The notes under the pieces were generated by a model, which was given only the letters and a program-made list of their open reading frames with translations, did not search any database and was not told the origin of the DNA. Positions 62,753 through 64,000 of a stretch of 64,000 nt of DNA are shown here, piece by piece. The stretch lies in assembly GCA_038496445.1 (NCBI GenBank), contig JALMLS010000143.1, forward strand, positions 1 through 64,000, written 5' to 3'. Position 1 is the stretch's first letter, and each line of letters begins with the position of its first letter. Origin of the DNA: Trichosphaerium sp. ATCC 40318 (lineage: Eukaryota; Protista; Tubulinea). Made by a program: the position numbers and the translations under genes.

Positions 62753-64000
62753 TTATTTCTGAGCACGCTCTCGTGCATACACACTAAAAGGCATAACCTT
62801 TTGTCTTACAGGTGGTACAAGCATCACAACGGCAATAACTGCAAATATAAGGACCAAAAATACAATAGCAACAGAAATACCAATGATTGCTCCTGTTAAT
62901 AATGAGCCATCTTCTGCCGTTTCAGAGCACGAGGAAAGTGATGAGAATATGCGCAGTAAAGTTGCATCATCTCGAGTTATGTTAATAAATACACTTGTAT
63001 AGCTAACACGTACCATTTAGAGTGGTACACTCAGCATTGATTGTTGCTGTATCACCAATGGTTATGTTGCAATTCAAAGATCGAATTTCAATAACATCAG
63101 ATTGAGGTTTGTTACCTTCGTTTGTGACGGATATCTCTCCGTCTATATTCACACATCCCCGAACTGTCATGTTTATCCCCGGTGTGTACTTGAGAGAAGT
63201 TCCAGATGGCAAACTGAAATCACCTAGATACTATACTTAGTAACGTTACAACTTAGCGGATTACCTCCAAAAACAATATTATCTGAAACTATCAACTCAT
63301 CCGTGACGGTAATATTATTGGGTATTACAATAGGAACGTTTAAACATATTGCATAGCAATCTGATAGTCCCAACGCCGAACAGATGGTTGAATCCTCACA
63401 GAAGTAATTGCCCTTAAACTTTGAACTATCGTTTTGTTAACAGCAAGGTAGATTTGTAAAAACTAAAAAAAGTACCAATCATTTATGGAGAACTCTTCTG
63501 TTGGGCACCAAAATCTATTGTTACTGACATCCCTAAAATATACTTGTGAGCGCAGAGAAAGAAGCCTTAGTGTGACTCACAGATCATTGATGGTGTTGAG
63601 GTATCCAGGCAATGGTCCATACAATTCATTGTTTGATAAATCACTTTAAATAAGTAAGTATACTACAATTAGTTTAAACGTTGAAACATGTTCATACAGT
63701 ATTGTTAACGTTTTGTTAAAGTTAATATTTTGAGGAAGCTCTCCTGAAAAAGAATTATTCGCCAACGTCAATTCGGCTACATTGAGTTCCAGAATCGAAG
63801 CAGGAATAGACCCAGAAAACTTATTCTGTCCCAAATCGCTAAATGGATTAGTACTGAACGTGTCTTAAGCACAAGACTCACATCCTAGTATACTGATCCC
63901 AAAACATTCTGGTTGGTACTAGATTCTCAATTCCACCAGAAAATGCATTGCCCGCGAGTACACTGTTGTGTTAACTATCAAATAAGTTTAATTTCTACGT
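62753..64000 (-). CDS. LRR receptor-like protein, copy C (3' part; continues beyond window)
   Basis: NKFSGSIP/NNSFSGELP LRRs, same juxtamembrane exon, LTGAIIGISV TM, tail PPVRQKVMPF. Confidence 0.85.

Overview
Eukaryotic nuclear DNA, AT-rich (roughly 35% GC by eye) and gene-dense, with very many short spliceosomal introns (mostly about 30-60 nt, GT-AG, standard genetic code). The supplied ORF track therefore mostly shows exon fragments, and all gene models below were spliced by hand. The gene repertoire (Clu-domain protein, class C GPCR with Venus-flytrap domain, Roco protein, LRR membrane proteins) suggests an amoeboid or other free-living protist; this is inference. Housekeeping genes: a syntaxin-like SNARE, PLAC8, NAA35/MAK10, NTMT1, FAM192A-like, an ARF GTPase, an FHA-kinase, a Clu/TPR protein, a redoxin and a U6 snRNA. 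Interleaved with them is a set of recognition/conflict-type genes: (i) a tandem array of at least three LRR receptor-like genes built from symmetric one-repeat exons and showing patchwork sequence exchange between copies, interrupted by a decayed piggyBac-like element; (ii) a Roc-COR protein fused to a PARP-like ADP-ribosyltransferase and a receiver-like domain; (iii) a coiled-coil + PD-(D/E)xK nuclease + kinase protein of Crinkler-effector-like architecture; (iv) five intronless or nearly intronless F-box genes with repeat domains reminiscent of giant-virus proteins. Also seen: a probable U12-type intron, GC-AG introns, a U6 with an unusual ISL substitution, and a strong excess of CACGTG. No CRISPR array, rRNA or tRNA was recognised.
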